NCBI RefSeq assembly: GCF_009914755.1
Contig: NC_060929.1
Strand: one strand, 5' to 3'
Origin: the human T2T-CHM13v2.0 reference genome, Homo sapiens
DNA length: 64,000 nucleotides
Shown: positions 1 through 14,099 of the stretch, in pieces
How the letters are laid out: each line of letters begins with the position of its first letter
Numbering within the stretch: position 1 is the first letter of the stretch
Notes under the pieces: generated by a model
Databases searched by the model: none
Told to the model about the DNA's origin: nothing
What the model saw: only the letters and a program-made list of their open reading frames with translations
Position numbers and translations under genes: made by a program

Positions 1-226
1 CACCCCGCTGAGGCTCCCTGGGGCCATTTGGGAAGCTGGGTTCCTGGCATGATGCTGAGTGTTCCACAGAGAGGGAAGCCTCATTCCTGACTGTATTTTT
101 TCCTCAAATCCTTCTGAGCACCCTTAATCTGCAGAGAATGGGTTGGGTACTAGGGACACGGCAGTGAGCTCAGACATTCTCCCAGAGCCCACAGAGTAGT
201 GAGGGAGACATAAAAGAAAGGGGTGA

Positions 227-750
<524 letters not shown>

Positions 751-929
751 TTAAGAGCAGGGTGGTAAATACCCACCAAGAGGAAGTCGGGGTGCCGCAG
801 GAGTCCCTTGGAGCAGCATGCATCCCTGATATGTTTCTGTGGTGGTGTGAGTGTGAAGGCTGGTGGCTAAGGGAGCCTCCTCAAGGGCAGGGTTGTCTAT
901 TGTGAGCTTGGAAGAGAGTAGGAGCCAGC

Positions 930-961
930 GGGGGCCGGGGGGCAGGGGGCGTTCGGGTGGG
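930..961 (+). other. Canonical G-quadruplex motif
   Basis: GGGGG-CC-GGGGGG-CA-GGGGG-CGTTC-GGG-T-GGG. Confidence 0.6.
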
Positions 962-979
962 CACAAGTGGGGAGATGGG

Positions 980-1225
980 AGAAGGGAAGTCACTTCAGGA
1001 CACAGTAGGTACAAAGGCCTCCAAGTATGGAGATAAGAGGAAGCAGGGCTCTTTTGTGGAACTGATAGAAGTTCAGACTTCCTAGAGGGTCGAACTTACT
1101 CGGGGCAGGGGGAGAAAAGAAGTAAGTTTGGAGAAAGGTGGGTGAGAGCTCGGTCACTGTAGCAGGAAGTTTGGACTTAACCCTAAGAGCAGTGGAAGCC
1201 TCCAGTGGGTTTTAGGGGAGGAGAA
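980..1225 (-). mobile_element. Degraded L2 (LINE2) fragment
   Basis: TTTGGACTTAACCCTAAGAGCAGTGGAAGCC..GGGTTTTAG resembles antisense L2 3' region. Confidence 0.5.
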
Positions 1226-1520
1226 ACTGGGCGGAGTGGCTCATGCCTGTAATCCCAGCACTTTGGGAGGCCGAGGCAGGTGAATCACCTGAGGTCAGGA
1301 GTTCGAGACCAGCCTGGCCAACATGGCGAAGCTCTGCCTCTACAAAAAATACAAAAATTAGCTGGGCGTGGTCCTGTAATCCCAGTTACTCGGGAGGGCT
1401 GAGGCATGAGAATTGCTTGAGCCTGGGAGGCAGAGGTTGCAGTGAGCCGAGATCGTTCCATTGACTCCAGCCTGGGCAACAGAGCAAGACTTCGTCTCAA
1501 AAAAAAAAAAAAAAAAAAAG
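1226..1520 (+). mobile_element. Alu, AluSx/Sz-like
   Basis: Dimer plus A tail; 15-bp TSD TTTAGGGGAGGAGAA at 1211-1225 and 1521-1535. Confidence 0.93.
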
Positions 1521-2291
1521 TTTAGGGGAGGAGAAGGTAAGACATTTTCTGGGGCTGCCTAGATCCTTTGTACTTTCTTGGGTAAAAGCAGCATACTGAC
1601 CTAGCCTTTGGCAAGAAGCCTGATGATTTGGTTCCCAAGAGACAGTACTGCTTGGCTTCAAGCAAGTACTTGAAAGCAAGGAGGGCTTTCCCCTCAGTCT
1701 TAATGCTAGTTGTCCCTTCCTTTTTCTTGCAACGCTGGGCTTGCTGAGTAGCTGAGATGTGTTGTATTTTTTAAAGAGCAACTTGTTCTCTCTAAATCAC
1801 CTACCTGTCTATGGAATTTCTACCAGTGTGTTCAAACACCTCTCCAAAGTCTCACTTCTGGGCAGCTTCCCTTTAATGGGGGTGGTGGGGAAGGGTGCAG
1901 ACAGGCAGGGGAGGGCCTGAGGGAGTGAGGTGGGAAGGGGTTGGCAGAGAGCTCAGGCCTTTAGAGTGCTGGCGACCTCAGCAGCACCATCATCTCATTC
2001 TCTCTCATTCACATGGAGGCCTTCCAACCAGCCTCTCCCCCTAGTGAGGGCCCCGCAGTCCTTTAAGAAGGCTTCCCATCATTTAAACAGACAATAAGTC
2101 TGACAGATACCGAGGGTGGCCTCAGCTCAGCGAGCATTAACTGTATTAGCTACATTGGAATTTCCATCAGTGACACTGTATGGAGCTAATTTGTGGGTTT
2201 GCTAATCCCCAAGTCACTCCTAGTAGCAACACATTTCTGTGTGGGAGGGCCTGCCCAGAAGACTATGGCACCTTCACTGCTCCACGGCTGG

Positions 2292-2505
2292 AGCAGCTCA
2301 GTGTGAGGGAAGAAACCGGCTCTGGAACCCGAGAGACCCGGGTTTGAATCCCAGCTCTGCCACTCCCTAGCTGTGTGACCTTGACTAAGCAACTGAACCT
2401 CCCTGAGCCTCAGTCACTCATATGAAAATGAAGATAGTAGTCATGACACTCTCATGGGGCTGAGGTCAGGATTCAGGGAGGCCGTGCAGAGTGCTCAGTA
2501 AATAT
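2292..2505 (+). mobile_element. MIR
   Basis: MIR core GGGTTTGAATCCCAGCTCTGCCACT..GCTGTGTGACCTTG..CTGAGCCTCAGT. Confidence 0.85.
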
Positions 2506-2542
2506 GAGGTGCTGGCATGTATTTTCTACAGTGGGTTTAGGA

Positions 2543-2840
2543 AGGGTTGCAAACTCACATGGCTTCAGGGTGACACAAGTGGGTGAAGCCAGCTGGGAGC
2601 AAGCTAGGCAGAGAGAAATGTGCCACAAAGGGGACCCCTGCTGTCAGCTGCAGCCCCAGTTGGTGAATGAAACCCAGGAGCAGTACTGTTAGAGCCAGTG
2701 TTTTTTTTTTTTTTCAGGAGAAGCCAGAACTCTGTGTTAAATATCCCAACTTTTAAATGTTGGAGACTGAATTAAGCTTTTAAAATCATCTGGGGGCAAA
2801 CCAAACACATCTGAAAGCCAGCTGCCCCTTGGCAACCTCT
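2543..2840 (+). mobile_element. MER102-like hAT-Charlie DNA transposon
   Basis: GGGTTGCAAACTCA start; GAGAAGCCAGAA..CCCAACTTTTAAATGTTGG internal motif. Confidence 0.6.
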
Positions 2841-3865
2841 TGCTTTTTCTTTCTGCAAGAAGTGGTTTAAAATTGGGTCCTCAGTATAAATAGCTCGAGG
2901 CTGCCAGGCAGAGTATGTTGGGAGAGGACAGTTTGTGGCAAAATAATTTAATGCCCCCACCTCTCTGAGGGTAATGTCACTCGCTCTTCAAGTCCTGTAT
3001 ACGGGCTTGAATGATGTCCAGAATGGAACTGAAATAGAGAGGGATGGGTGTGGGGTAGGCAGGGACTGGACAAACCATCCAGGCTGTGTGCTGTCATACA
3101 GCACCTCTGGGAGGGGCCACTAAATGGCAGCGTCTGCACCCAGGAACTGCAAACCACCCAGGTGTGCAGGGCTCACCACAGCTGCGATTGGTCCTCTGTC
3201 CTTTTTGGACTTGAACAAAGTGAGAACACTTTGGGGCAGATGTAGCAGCCAGGAAGATTTACTTTCTGACAAGAGGATGTCTAAACATTCATTCACAGTC
3301 AAGCTGATTTCCTAAAAACAGCTGTCTTGAACCTGACTGTATCTAAAATGTCTGTTGCCTTCGTTCAGAAAGCCTCTATTCTACTTTACCCATCAACATT
3401 TTCTCTTACACAAGGTTTAATATCTCAGCAGGTGTTGACTGGTTGGAAGTAGATGGGGTACTAATTATAAATGAATGCAAAGACATTTTTCTTACACTAA
3501 GAGTTACCAAACGGTCCTGAGTTCGACCTTCTTTACATTCATTCGTGCAGTAAATCCTCAATGAGCGATTACTACATGCCAGGCATTGTGCCCGGGGCCG
3601 TGGATAGTCAGAAAGTTCTTTCTGACGTCAAACGCAAGCTTTACTGTCAGCTAAGAGAGCCTCAGTTTCCTCATATGTAAAATGAGTATGATCATAGTAC
3701 TGACTACTGATTATTTCAAAGGCTCCCAAGCCAGTGTGTGCACATGGCCAGCATTCAATAAGCATTAGCCAGCAAACGGGCGTTCATCTCAATTAAAACC
3801 ACCATCATTTGGGCTTGGTACTGTTATCCCCACTTCTAACATAGGAGCAAACTGAGATTTTTAGA

Positions 3866-4039
3866 TTTTTAAAATTTATTTTATTTTGTTACGTTATGTT
3901 ATGTTATTTCATTTTATTTGTAGAGACAGGGTCTCCCTATGTTTCCCAGGCTGGTCTTAAGTTCCTGGGTTCAAGCTATCCTCCTGCCTTAGCCTCCCAA
4001 AGTGCTGGGGTTACGGGTATGAGCCACCCATGCCTGGCC
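3866..4039 (-). mobile_element. FLAM-like Alu left monomer inserted in a minus-strand MIR
   Basis: Antisense left-arm sequence with TTATT-type tail; AAACTGAG repeated at 3849 and 4041 (decayed TSD). Confidence 0.8.
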
Positions 4040-4344
4040 AAAACTGAGTTTTGCTGTGACAAATTACCTTGATGAAAGTCACATACCTGAGCTGGAGCTG
4101 GGATTGACCAGTCATCTAAGCCCATTATCTTTCTGCCAAATCACAGGGAAGACCATTCCTGACCTCCTTGCTTTACTGTCAGAAAGAATTGAAGGGTGGT
4201 TCTGGTTTAAGCTCTGGAAAGTCTATAGGGAAATTAGGGCCTGAAGTAGAAAGACTGCTAGCCGCCTCTGTCCTGCTGGAAATGTGCATGAGGCTGGTGC
4301 TGATGGTGCTGAGAAAGCAAATGCTGTCTAGAGGGAAATACTAT

Positions 4345-4460
4345 CATTCAATAAATATTTATTGAGTTCTGCTATGAGTCAGGCACTGTCCTAGGGACTG
4401 GGACTACAGCAGTGAACAGAGCAGGGTCCCTGCTCTCACTGAGCTTATGGTCTGTCACAA
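4345..4460 (-). mobile_element. L2 3' end
   Basis: CATTCAATAAATATTTATTGAG..CAGGCACTGTCCTAGG..CAGCAGTGAACA. Confidence 0.7.
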
Positions 4461-4914
4461 TCCTGTAGGTGAAAAGATGCCAAACATAAATATGAGGTTT
4501 TAGGAACGCCAGTTGAAATCAATCGAAAGATATGGCCGGGGATGCATCTGGGACCCATATCTGATGGCTGCTGAGGCATTTTGGTCACCAGTGAAATATT
4601 TTCTGCTTATTGGCAGGCAACTTGATTTTGCATTTGGTTTGCGTCATTCTTAGGGATACTGAAGATACAGCGATGTGCCCAAGTCAGATGAACACGCCCA
4701 ATTTTAGGAGAAGATTCTGCTTTCATCTGGAGGCAGTAACCATGTATTTCTAGAAGGGAGCTCTTGGAAAGATCCTCTGGCCAGTTCTAGTCTAGTTCCT
4801 GTTTACTCTCTGCTGGGTTTAAGTGGCTGATAATTGGGCTCCTGCAGAGAAGCAGCTAAAATCTGTGGCTTGTTTGCTTGGAACATTTTAGAAAGTCAAA
4901 GTAGTTAATGATAA

Positions 4915-5135
4915 TGGTAACCACCACTTAGCGAAGACTAGTTGCCAGTCATAGTGGCAGAGGCTTTACAGGCATTATCTAATTGAATCCTCACAAACAA
5001 CCCAGTATGTTGGAAAGTTCAATTACCTCTGTTCTACACACAAGAAAATTAAGGCTCAGAGAGGTCAAATTCTTGCTCAAGATCACACAGCTGGAAAATG
5101 GCAGAGGGGGAAATGAACCAGGCCTGACTTTCTCT
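4915..5135 (-). mobile_element. MIR
   Basis: AAGGCTCAGAGAGGTCAA..CAAGATCACACAGCT antisense core. Confidence 0.8.
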
Positions 5136-5139
5136 AGAG

Positions 5140-5303
5140 CAGTGGTTTTCAACTAGGGGTGACTTTGCCCCCACTCTGCAACCTTACAGGGACATTTGGA
5201 AAAGTCTGGAGACATTTTTGTTTGCCACAACTGGGAGGGGGTGCTACTGGCATCTAGTGGGTAGAGGGCAGGGATGCTCTAAACATCCTACAACACACAG
5301 GAA
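5140..5303 (+). mobile_element. MER20 (hAT-Charlie), 3' truncated
   Basis: CAGTGGTTTTCAAC..GGGACATTTGG..TCTGGAGACATTTTTG..TACTGGCATCTAGTGGGTAGAGG. Confidence 0.85.
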
Positions 5304-6071
5304 CCGTTGGCCAGTCCGTGTCGGTAAACATCTCTTGTGCAGGCACTTCTTGCCAAAACATTTTGCATTTTGTACAATATTCCCAGTCTCCACTGAAGTG
5401 TTGTCTTTATCTCCTCTCTTGCTCTGCCTTCATCTAGAAGCTGTGATGGAACAATTTAGATCAAGCCATCCCCAGGAAAAGCTTTCATTGAACAACAGAG
5501 CAAGGGAAAGCCCAATGTATTCTGCAGCCCCATTTCAGTTAAGGTTCAAGTTCACTAATGCCAGAAAGGAATTCATTAATGCCTTACAGGCTGCAGGACA
5601 AATGTTAATAGCTTCACCTTTAATTTAAGCTCAGTTTTATTTTTATAGCTGGTCCCTTGGTGGCAACTAGATTTATTGGGACATTTTGAACAGCTGAGGC
5701 AAATCAATAAAGTATATAAGCACATGCGATTCTTGTGTTATTTGCAAATATAATTCTGATTACTCACATGCATATAGGCATACTCATACATGCTCTAAGA
5801 ATATGCTTTCCCCTGCTCCATGTTTTAAAACTAATCCCCAAATCATGACATTTGGTCTTCTGAATATGGCCCCCAAGTTATGAGATGGGCAAGGATTGGA
5901 ATGAATAGAGAAATGAACACAAATAGGTTCCCACCTGCTAGAGGAAAATAAATCCTTAAAGCATATGGGTCCTGGACGTTTTTGTCTATCTATAAATGCC
6001 AAGCAACATATTGCAATATGGAATCATGACCAATGTTGCAAAACTAAGGATACAGTGAACTATGTTTGTAG

Positions 6072-6275
<204 letters not shown>

Positions 6276-6584
6276 ATTATTGCATTTCACCTTCAAAACA
6301 ACCCTGAGGCATTAGCCCCATTTTGCAGATGAGAAAACAGGTTCAGAAAAATTAGGAATTATGTCCAAGGTCACAGAACTTGCCTCTGGCAGAGAGAGCC
6401 ACTGTCTGGTGCTATTTCTGTCATAATTGTCAGCCCCTAGAGTGAATGTGAGCGAGGCTGAGCCAGGCTGCCTGCTTTCAGTAGCTGCTGCTGATGTGAG
6501 GAGAGTCTGTGGATGATTTCATCACCTTTGCTGTGCCTCCATTTCTAAAGCCTTCATTCTTTATCTATCAGGGCTCAGCTATGA

Positions 6585-6730
6585 TGTGCTGTCCAGTATG
6601 GGAACCTTGTACCACATGAAGCTATCTAAATTTAAATTAATTAAAATTTTAGTTCCTGGGTCACATTAGCTGCATTTCAAGTGCTAATAGCCCAGTGTTG
6701 CTGGTGGCTACCATGTTCAACAGTATAGAA
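6585..6730. mobile_element. MER3/MER33-like hAT element
   Basis: TGCTGTCCAGTATG..AAATTTAAATTAATTAAA..TTTCAAGTGCT..GGTGGCTACCAT. Confidence 0.65.
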
Positions 6731-9617
6731 CATTTCTTTCTATTCAGTAGCACTGGATCAGAGTGATTAAGGAAATGAAATCAGTGGGACATAGAATATT
6801 TCAGAAAGATGCTATCCAATTTGCAATGAATTTAAAAAAATCTAAGTTTTTTCTTTTTGAAGAAGAAAGTCTAAATATTTGGTTTTGGATTCACACTCCA
6901 TCAGGTACCAGAGTGGGAATATTTCCCTGTGCTTATCTTTATGTCAGTCCTGCAAGGTGAGTATTATTATCTGCAAAATGTTTCTTTTGGATTAAGAAAC
7001 AGGTTTAGTTACTTGACCAACATACATATCTTCTAAGTTGCAGAGCAAGAATTCAAACTCAAATCTGCCCTCTAAACCTATAATACATCTACTTTACTCT
7101 GCACTGTGAGTCCTCAACAAACAGAATTTTGGTTCTATCCCAAAGCCAGTGTCACTGTGAATAAAATACAATCCAAGATGATCACTTACAAGGATTATTA
7201 TCATCCAGATTTGGAACTTCTAGAATGGTCTGAGTAGATAAACAGTGGGAAAATCACCTGAGACATACTTTATGGTGAATATCACTGAGTTGTTTACTTG
7301 GGGCTAATCCTCTCTTTTCTTCTCAGTCCCACAATTGACCCTTGTGCAGCTTGAGCCACAAAATGCCACTCAAATTCTGCACCAGCATTTTTTTTAATGA
7401 CTCTGCAAGTCATCAGGGTGCCTTTCTCTCAGCCATTGGAACAAATTTGCCATGAGGACACTTAATGTTTACTCTGAATGGCACCAAAGCCAGGCTTATT
7501 TCCATGTCTGTGGCCTGGTGTTAGCTGAGCCATATGTTCCTGGCCCAGATGGCTCTCTCAGTTCTAGATGATTAGTACCGCAGATCCAGATCCCAAGTCT
7601 GTCCATTTGCAAAGAAGAGGACAGTCATCAGACAGGCCTTTCATGTTAGAAGTGGCCATCTGAGACAAACAGGACATTGTTCCAAGCCGGTTACCACCGC
7701 ATGGAATATGTAAGGAAGATCTCTTTTGAGCCCTGTAATTAGGTAAGCAAGGTCACTACAAAGTCATTTAAAATTGCATCTCAAGACAGTTCGATGGCAG
7801 AGGATCTACCCCCTCAGTGCTGATTTATTGCTTACTCTCTTAACTTTTTAAAAAAAGATCAGCAGATTGATTGTGCCGCCTGTGGTTGGAGGCGTGCTTA
7901 CCTTTTCTCAGGCCTGATTCATAAAACATGACTGACCTGTTTTCAGCATCCTTTCCCTGTGTGCCCAGGGAGCTCCTCCGAGGTTCACTGCACTAAGTGT
8001 TTGGCACTGAGTGAAAACGATATGTCATGTTCACAGCAGATGACCCAGCAGGGGCCACGGCAATGAAGTCCCCAAAATGACCTGTTACATCTCTAGCTAC
8101 AAGACTCAGGGAAACAGAGAGGCAGTTTCTAATGGTCTCCTGGAGGAATTTGGACTGATGACTAAACTTTTTAGGTCACAGCTTTCTTGAGAAATGGCAG
8201 GTGCCCCTTCTGCTTCTGGTGAGGTCAGTCACTGGCTCCAGCCCCCAGTAGGCTCTCTCCAGCCCACCTAGTCGGTTTCTCCTGCAGGGGGTTGGTTAAC
8301 CATTTGTCCTCAGAACACTATCCTCACAAGGCACAATTTCTGAGTCCTTCCTATATCTGGGGTATGAGCCACTTGGAAGTGAGAATAATAAGTGAAACCC
8401 TCAGGTGCCTCCAAGGCCCCAGGAAAAGCATTTCTACCTTTGCTGATGCTCGTTGGTCCACTAGCAGGCAGCTGTTGTTCTGGCCACTAAATCTCAGTGA
8501 CATCAGTTCTTTTCTAGGTTTATTTCTTCATTAATGTTTTTATTTTATTTTATTATTTTTCACTGACAAAATGGCCCCTAGTCGGCCAGTTGATTTAACA
8601 GGTCAGGTATGTGCTGTGCTTTGAAACAGAGGATAAGAAAAAAAGGATGATCATTATTAGAGTTTCATGCCTTTCTCAGATCCTTATTACGCCTCTGCTG
8701 CATTCCACACACATACCAATCGTGTATGAATTTCTGTTTATTAGAGAACTCTCCTTCACTTCTCTTTTCATGCTATGGCGTTCACAGGACATCAGAGCCA
8801 GTGGAGCTTTTAGAACCTAGAGCTGTTCCCACTACACTGAGCTGTACATAAGATTGCCCTCCATGTCCAGACTGGGGATGTTTAATGTGGCCAGTGACAT
8901 TTTTCCAAGTCTGTTTATTACCTGCTGGTGAGAGTTCCTGAGACAGTTTGAGATAAAACTTTAGGAGTAATTATACTTTATGAGGACATAATACCCTTCA
9001 GGCTTCATTTCACGTGGTGCTAAATCAATACTCATATTCAATTCTTTTCTGTCTGCCTTCAAGTTAAAGGCCACAATATTAAAGTTTCCTATAATTAGCC
9101 AAGAAGTTGGTGCTACAGAGATGGTAAAAATTGACTTCAAACCCTTTATCTGATTGTGCAAAACCAACACAAGACAGGTGGCATATTGGGTCACCAAGTT
9201 ACATCAGCAAGTTCCACGGAAAGCCTAGATGCCAGGAAAGAAAATAAAGGGAGGGAAGTGTTTTCTACCAACTGCTGGGAAAAATAATGCCCCACTGTCA
9301 TCTTCACTACCAGAGTCTCATGGGGCTATTAAATATCTTTCTGTTTTCATTTCCATGATGTTTCCTAGGTTGAAATTGTTCTCTCTAGAATGATTGCATA
9401 AGCCAAGATCCCTAACACTAGAGGGCATGGGCTAACTGCGTACCTATGCACATCAGGCTGTTGAACAACCAAAGCACCTTGCTCTTTGAGACAATGGCAT
9501 CCACTGAGCCACTCTTGGTGATACAAGGGACCCTGGGTATAAAAAAAGGAAAGCGACTATTATTTTTTCTTCTCCTTCTTTCTTCTTTTGTTTTGTCTTT
9601 CAGTTATAGGCCAGGCT

Positions 9618-9705
9618 TTTATTTATTTATTATTTTATTTATTTATTTAGAAAATGGGGTCTCACTGTGTTGCCCAGGCTGATGTCAAACTCCTGAGCCC
9701 AAGCC
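9618..9705 (-). mobile_element. Short Alu/FLAM fragment
   Basis: (TTTA)n then GGGGTCTCACTGTGTTGCCCAGGCTG..AACTCCTGAGC. Confidence 0.7.
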
Positions 9706-10028
9706 GTTATTTATGTTTGATTTACAAGTGTATTGGGTTCCTTGGTTGAAGGGTGGCTCTTATTTACATGCCCTTTCTTATCATTGTCTATTGGCTTTCA
9801 GGATTGTTGCTCTACTTGCGAAGGGTCTTTAATAGTCTTAGCCACACACAAATTCATCTTTTGGCACGTGTATGTGTGTGTGCACATATGTGTTTTCTTA
9901 GGGTCTTATTGAGACATCAGCATTCTCCCCTGTCTTAATAACTACTCCAATCCATAACTTTCTTTCCACTTAAAACCATTACGTTGTAAACAGAATTCTT
10001 TATGTGCCACTGTGTGTGGTGGAGTGTA

Positions 10029-10048
10029 TGTGTGTGTGTGTGTGTGTG
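10029..10048. repeat. (TG)10 microsatellite
   Basis: Direct reading. Confidence 0.9.
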
Positions 10049-11974
10049 AGATGCAGGTGGGTACATTCATTCATGTTGCATTATACCCATAATGTATGAA
10101 GGTAGTAGGAAAATGGAGTGGTCCAGCTTATTGTCCAATGCCATGTAGTTTTTGGTAAAGAAAGGAGGATCAAACATAGCAGGGTGGCAGCAGCAGGAGC
10201 AGCAGTATAACCAGAGTGTTGAGATTTTTTTTTTCTAGGAGGTACTTCTTTTTTTTTTCAATCAACTCATTTGAATAGATTACTTAATTAGCATTTATTG
10301 TTTGTAAAATTCCTTGTCTAGAAGTAACATTTTAGGGTCTGCAGTTTTGAAGAAAGACAATTTAATGGGTGATAATTTTGTATAGAATTTTCAAATTGAT
10401 TTCTTGGTAGTAAATTGTTCCTCAATTGTAGTGCCTTCTCCACACTCATTAGACAGCAAGCCTTCTTTCTAAATGCATTCATAACCATTAAAGTGTTGTC
10501 TCTAGTTTCCTGTCATTTGAAACAGGTCATAACTTCAGGCACAAACATTTAAAGGACAACTATACTTTCACAATTTCATTAGTGTTCTAGCGGAGTCGGA
10601 ATGTGCTATTGAAGTTTATAGAGCTTTGCAGTTCCTGATGGAAACTATTCGGCTCTACTCATCCCAAGAGTAGAGATAATCTTTCTCTTTGTACAGAAAG
10701 TTGTTTCACTTCAATTCCACTCTGCCTGAGTTTTATTTATCAGCCTGATCTATGGCTAGAACTATATAGAAGCTCCCTAGAACCTGTTTATAATTCACCT
10801 CCCCTCCTCTTTCTCCAAAAACACCCTGGGAATAGAACAAGCTCATTGCCAAGGAAACTCCCTGGCAGTAAAGTACTGTTTGGTCCTATTTTCTACTGGC
10901 TTCTTTGACTTGTTGGGAGATGGTGTTTAAATGCATTACTCAAAAGGAGCTCTAGAAAATTTGAAATAAAACAAAAATAAAAATAAACATATTGAAATTC
11001 CCTGATATCTGCAGTGGTTTGTATGCTCTTGGCTTTCTGGGAGTATGCAGCTTATGAGCAGAGCTATTTCACACTTTGTTGTGAAATTCAGTGGAGAAAG
11101 TGCAGTCTTACCACGCCCTCTGCCTGGACATTTTCTAGCCAAATTAGGTCTACAAAGTGATCTAATTGGTCTAACCCTCTTATTTTTGATCAATGAGGAA
11201 TTAGATGCTTCGCTATTAGAATAACAACTACAATGTTGATCCCATTTAAGAACTTTTTGTATACTGAGCAAGAAGCTTAGAGGACATTATCTCTTTTAAT
11301 CCTAAATTCCAGTTGCCAAGATGATAAAGAAAATGAGATTGTGTCCATTTCTACAGATGAAGAAATAGGCTCAGAAAACTCACGTGTCCTGACCCATATC
11401 ACACAGCAGTTTACTAATAGACTTTGATGGACACCCAAAGATGTTTACTAAAGATGCCCTTTCAAATGAAGCTTTTGACTGAAGAAAAAATATGCATGCT
11501 CTGGTCCCTCAGAACGCCTTTTGTATAGATATTATACATCCTGAAGACAACCCTTCAAAGCAAACCTTGGCTCCAACAAAGCTCCTTTCTTCTCTTTGAC
11601 CTAACTCTCCCCAGTTCCCAAAATTTGTGGATTTTTCAACTTGATGCTCTCCTCATACTATGTTCTAAAACTCAATTCACCTTACCCCATTCTTTCTGAT
11701 TCTTTCATAACCCATATAGATATTCTCTTCCTAAACCTTTCTTTGGTTAATCTCACTGATTCCTTCATTCAGAAAAGAATACAATACTAAGTGCCTACTC
11801 TGAGCCAGGAACTGCTCTTGGGGAATATCCGTGAACCAGACCAACAGGCTCCTGTTTTATGGGGCTTTCAGTTTTGGGTGGAGGGATTGATTATTGGAGA
11901 ACTCTGAACTTGGATTCAAAAGACCAAGGCTAAATCAGAATGTTAAAACTGGCAGATATGGGAAATGGTTATAT

Positions 11975-12257
11975 CTAATCTGGCCTGCACAGTGTCTTAA
12001 AAATTGAATTCATTGGTAGCATTTTAAGATCAAGAGTTTCCACATAGAAAACAACCTGGATTTCTGGCATCTTAGTAGTAACCTGGGCCCACATCCCCAT
12101 CTAAGGCATCAATCCCTGCAGGAGGAGCAGTTCTGTAGCCTTCTGGTGGGGCAGGGTCTTTTAGCCACCTTTGCCTCAACCATGCCTTCTCATGCCCAGC
12201 CAGCTACACTCATGTACATGATCTGTTGACCTCTATAGACACTTTTGCATCCCATGG
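11975..12257 (-). mobile_element. MER102-like hAT element
   Basis: TTTCCACATAGAAAA..TGGATTTCTGGC..TGGGCCCACATCCCCAT; antisense to the 2543-2840 copy. Confidence 0.55.
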
Positions 12258-12963
12258 AGTAAATGATCTACAAAGTCCCTTCACAGACTGACATAACTGT
12301 TGTTGTCTGGCTTCCTGTGCATTGCTGTGGCCTCTTCCCACAGGCAGCGCCTGCCCAGAGCTGGCAGCCAGACAAAGAGAATCTGCCTGACCCCAGAGGA
12401 GGCTCCATCATTGCAAGGCAAACTCACAGCACAGTCAGTCCCTGGACAGCGACCAGCTGTCTTCACCCCAGAGCCACTTAGAATCAATTCTAGGCCTTGA
12501 TGTTGAGGCCCCACTACTTGAAAATTTCAAGAGATTTAGCACAAGTGGATAAAACTAACAAAACTAGAAAATCAGAAGTTGTCTCTGGTGGAAGCCAAAC
12601 AAATCAGAAATGAATAAGGAGAGAACTTTCGGGTAAAAGCAAATAAAGGCTGTGTAATATTTGGAGGAATAATGCTAATTATTACCAGTTTTAAAGTTAG
12701 TTTTTGGTACTTTGAAAATCTTTACTCAAAATCATCAGCAAAAGCACCAGTAAGCACTAATATTAATTGCAGGCTTATTGTGTTTGTCTATTTCATTTAA
12801 CCCACTGCTCCCATTTTGCTGGTGGAAAACTGAAAACCAAAGAGATTAAGTCATTTACCCAAGGTCATGTAACTAATATATTGAATCTCAGATGTTTTAA
12901 TGATTTTGACTCATTTCCAATTTGCCTGGCTATATAGAGAAAATATTTGAGGAATTGACAGGG

Positions 12964-12964
<1 letters not shown>

Positions 12965-13012
<48 letters not shown>

Positions 13013-13051
13013 GGAGGGAGGGGAGAGAGAGAGACAGAGACAGACAGAGAC
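12965..13051. repeat. Compound microsatellite: (AC)22 then (GGGA)/(GA)/(GACA)
   Basis: Perfect AC run 12965-13008 followed by purine-rich repeats. Confidence 0.95.
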
Positions 13052-13864
13052 TGAACAGATTATTTCTCCACTGATGTTCATTATTTAGATCTATTTTCAA
13101 CATTTAAAGGCAATTGTCAGCATAGTCAATTCAGCCATTTTAAACCATCAAGGGCCAATGAGCAAAGTGTTTTACTGAAGAGTCTACATATGGAAATCAA
13201 TGATATCCCAAAACTGAGCTGGTACATAAATCTAAGAAATGCAGGTGTGAGATTGATGACTTGGGATTTGATCCCCATAGCAAATCTGATTAAATGGTAT
13301 ACATTGGTTTAGAAAAACAATGTATCAGGGAAAATCCTACTCTTAAGAAACGTTATGCTGAATTCTGTAAGATGATAAAAAACATGTCACACTAGACCAG
13401 AAATATTACAAATGTTCTCAGATTCTCCCTTTCTCATTTTCTCATGTTTAGATTAGAAGTATGGGAACTCAGAGGGCTGAATAGAGGATTGCCAGGCAGT
13501 TAATGAGAATTCAAACTAGATTTGAGGTCTTCCTGATTCCCGGGATTTACTCTACCGGGCAGAAGCAGAAGCTGCTTAAATTCTGAAAATAGAGTCTTTT
13601 AAGAGTGTGGGATTCATACGGAACCTCTTCTAAACAAGTTACCTCTGAAATGTGGGACAAAATAATTCTAGGTGTGTTTGTCCAACAGGAGCCTGTGACT
13701 TGGGATTTGTGTCTGCACATGCATGGATCTAAGGAACCAGCCACTTTGACAGGTGGCCTTTCATCAGGCTCATCAATGTCTTAGTCAATTTCTGGCCCTC
13801 CTATCACCCCTGTTCTGGAGCTGAAGAAACCTTGCCATGGGGACAAATGCACTTAGAGAGTGAG

Positions 13865-14065
13865 AGCAGCATAGCAAAGTGATGAAGGGGATGGACGCTA
13901 GAATTGGAACCATGGCTCTGCCACTGACTAGCTATTGGGCAACCTTCCTGTGCCTCCCTTATTTATAAAGTGGAGACAATGATAGTACCTCCTTCATAGG
14001 ATGAAACAAGTTAATATATTTAAAGTGCTTAGAAGAGTACCTGGCACATAGTAGGTATTAGGTTA
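13865..14065 (+). mobile_element. MIR
   Basis: GGCTCTGCCACTGACTAGCT..AAAGTGCTTAGAA..CCTGGCACATAGTAGG. Confidence 0.8.
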
Positions 14066-14099
14066 GGGATTGGTAACTTTTCAAAATATGAGAGACTTT

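Noticed and set aside
10590-10680. Protein-like frame AESECAIEVYRALQFLMETIRLYSSQE and hairpin CTCTACTC/GAGTAGAG
   Set aside because: Weak acceptor, no recognised protein, and an 8-bp stem is expected by chance
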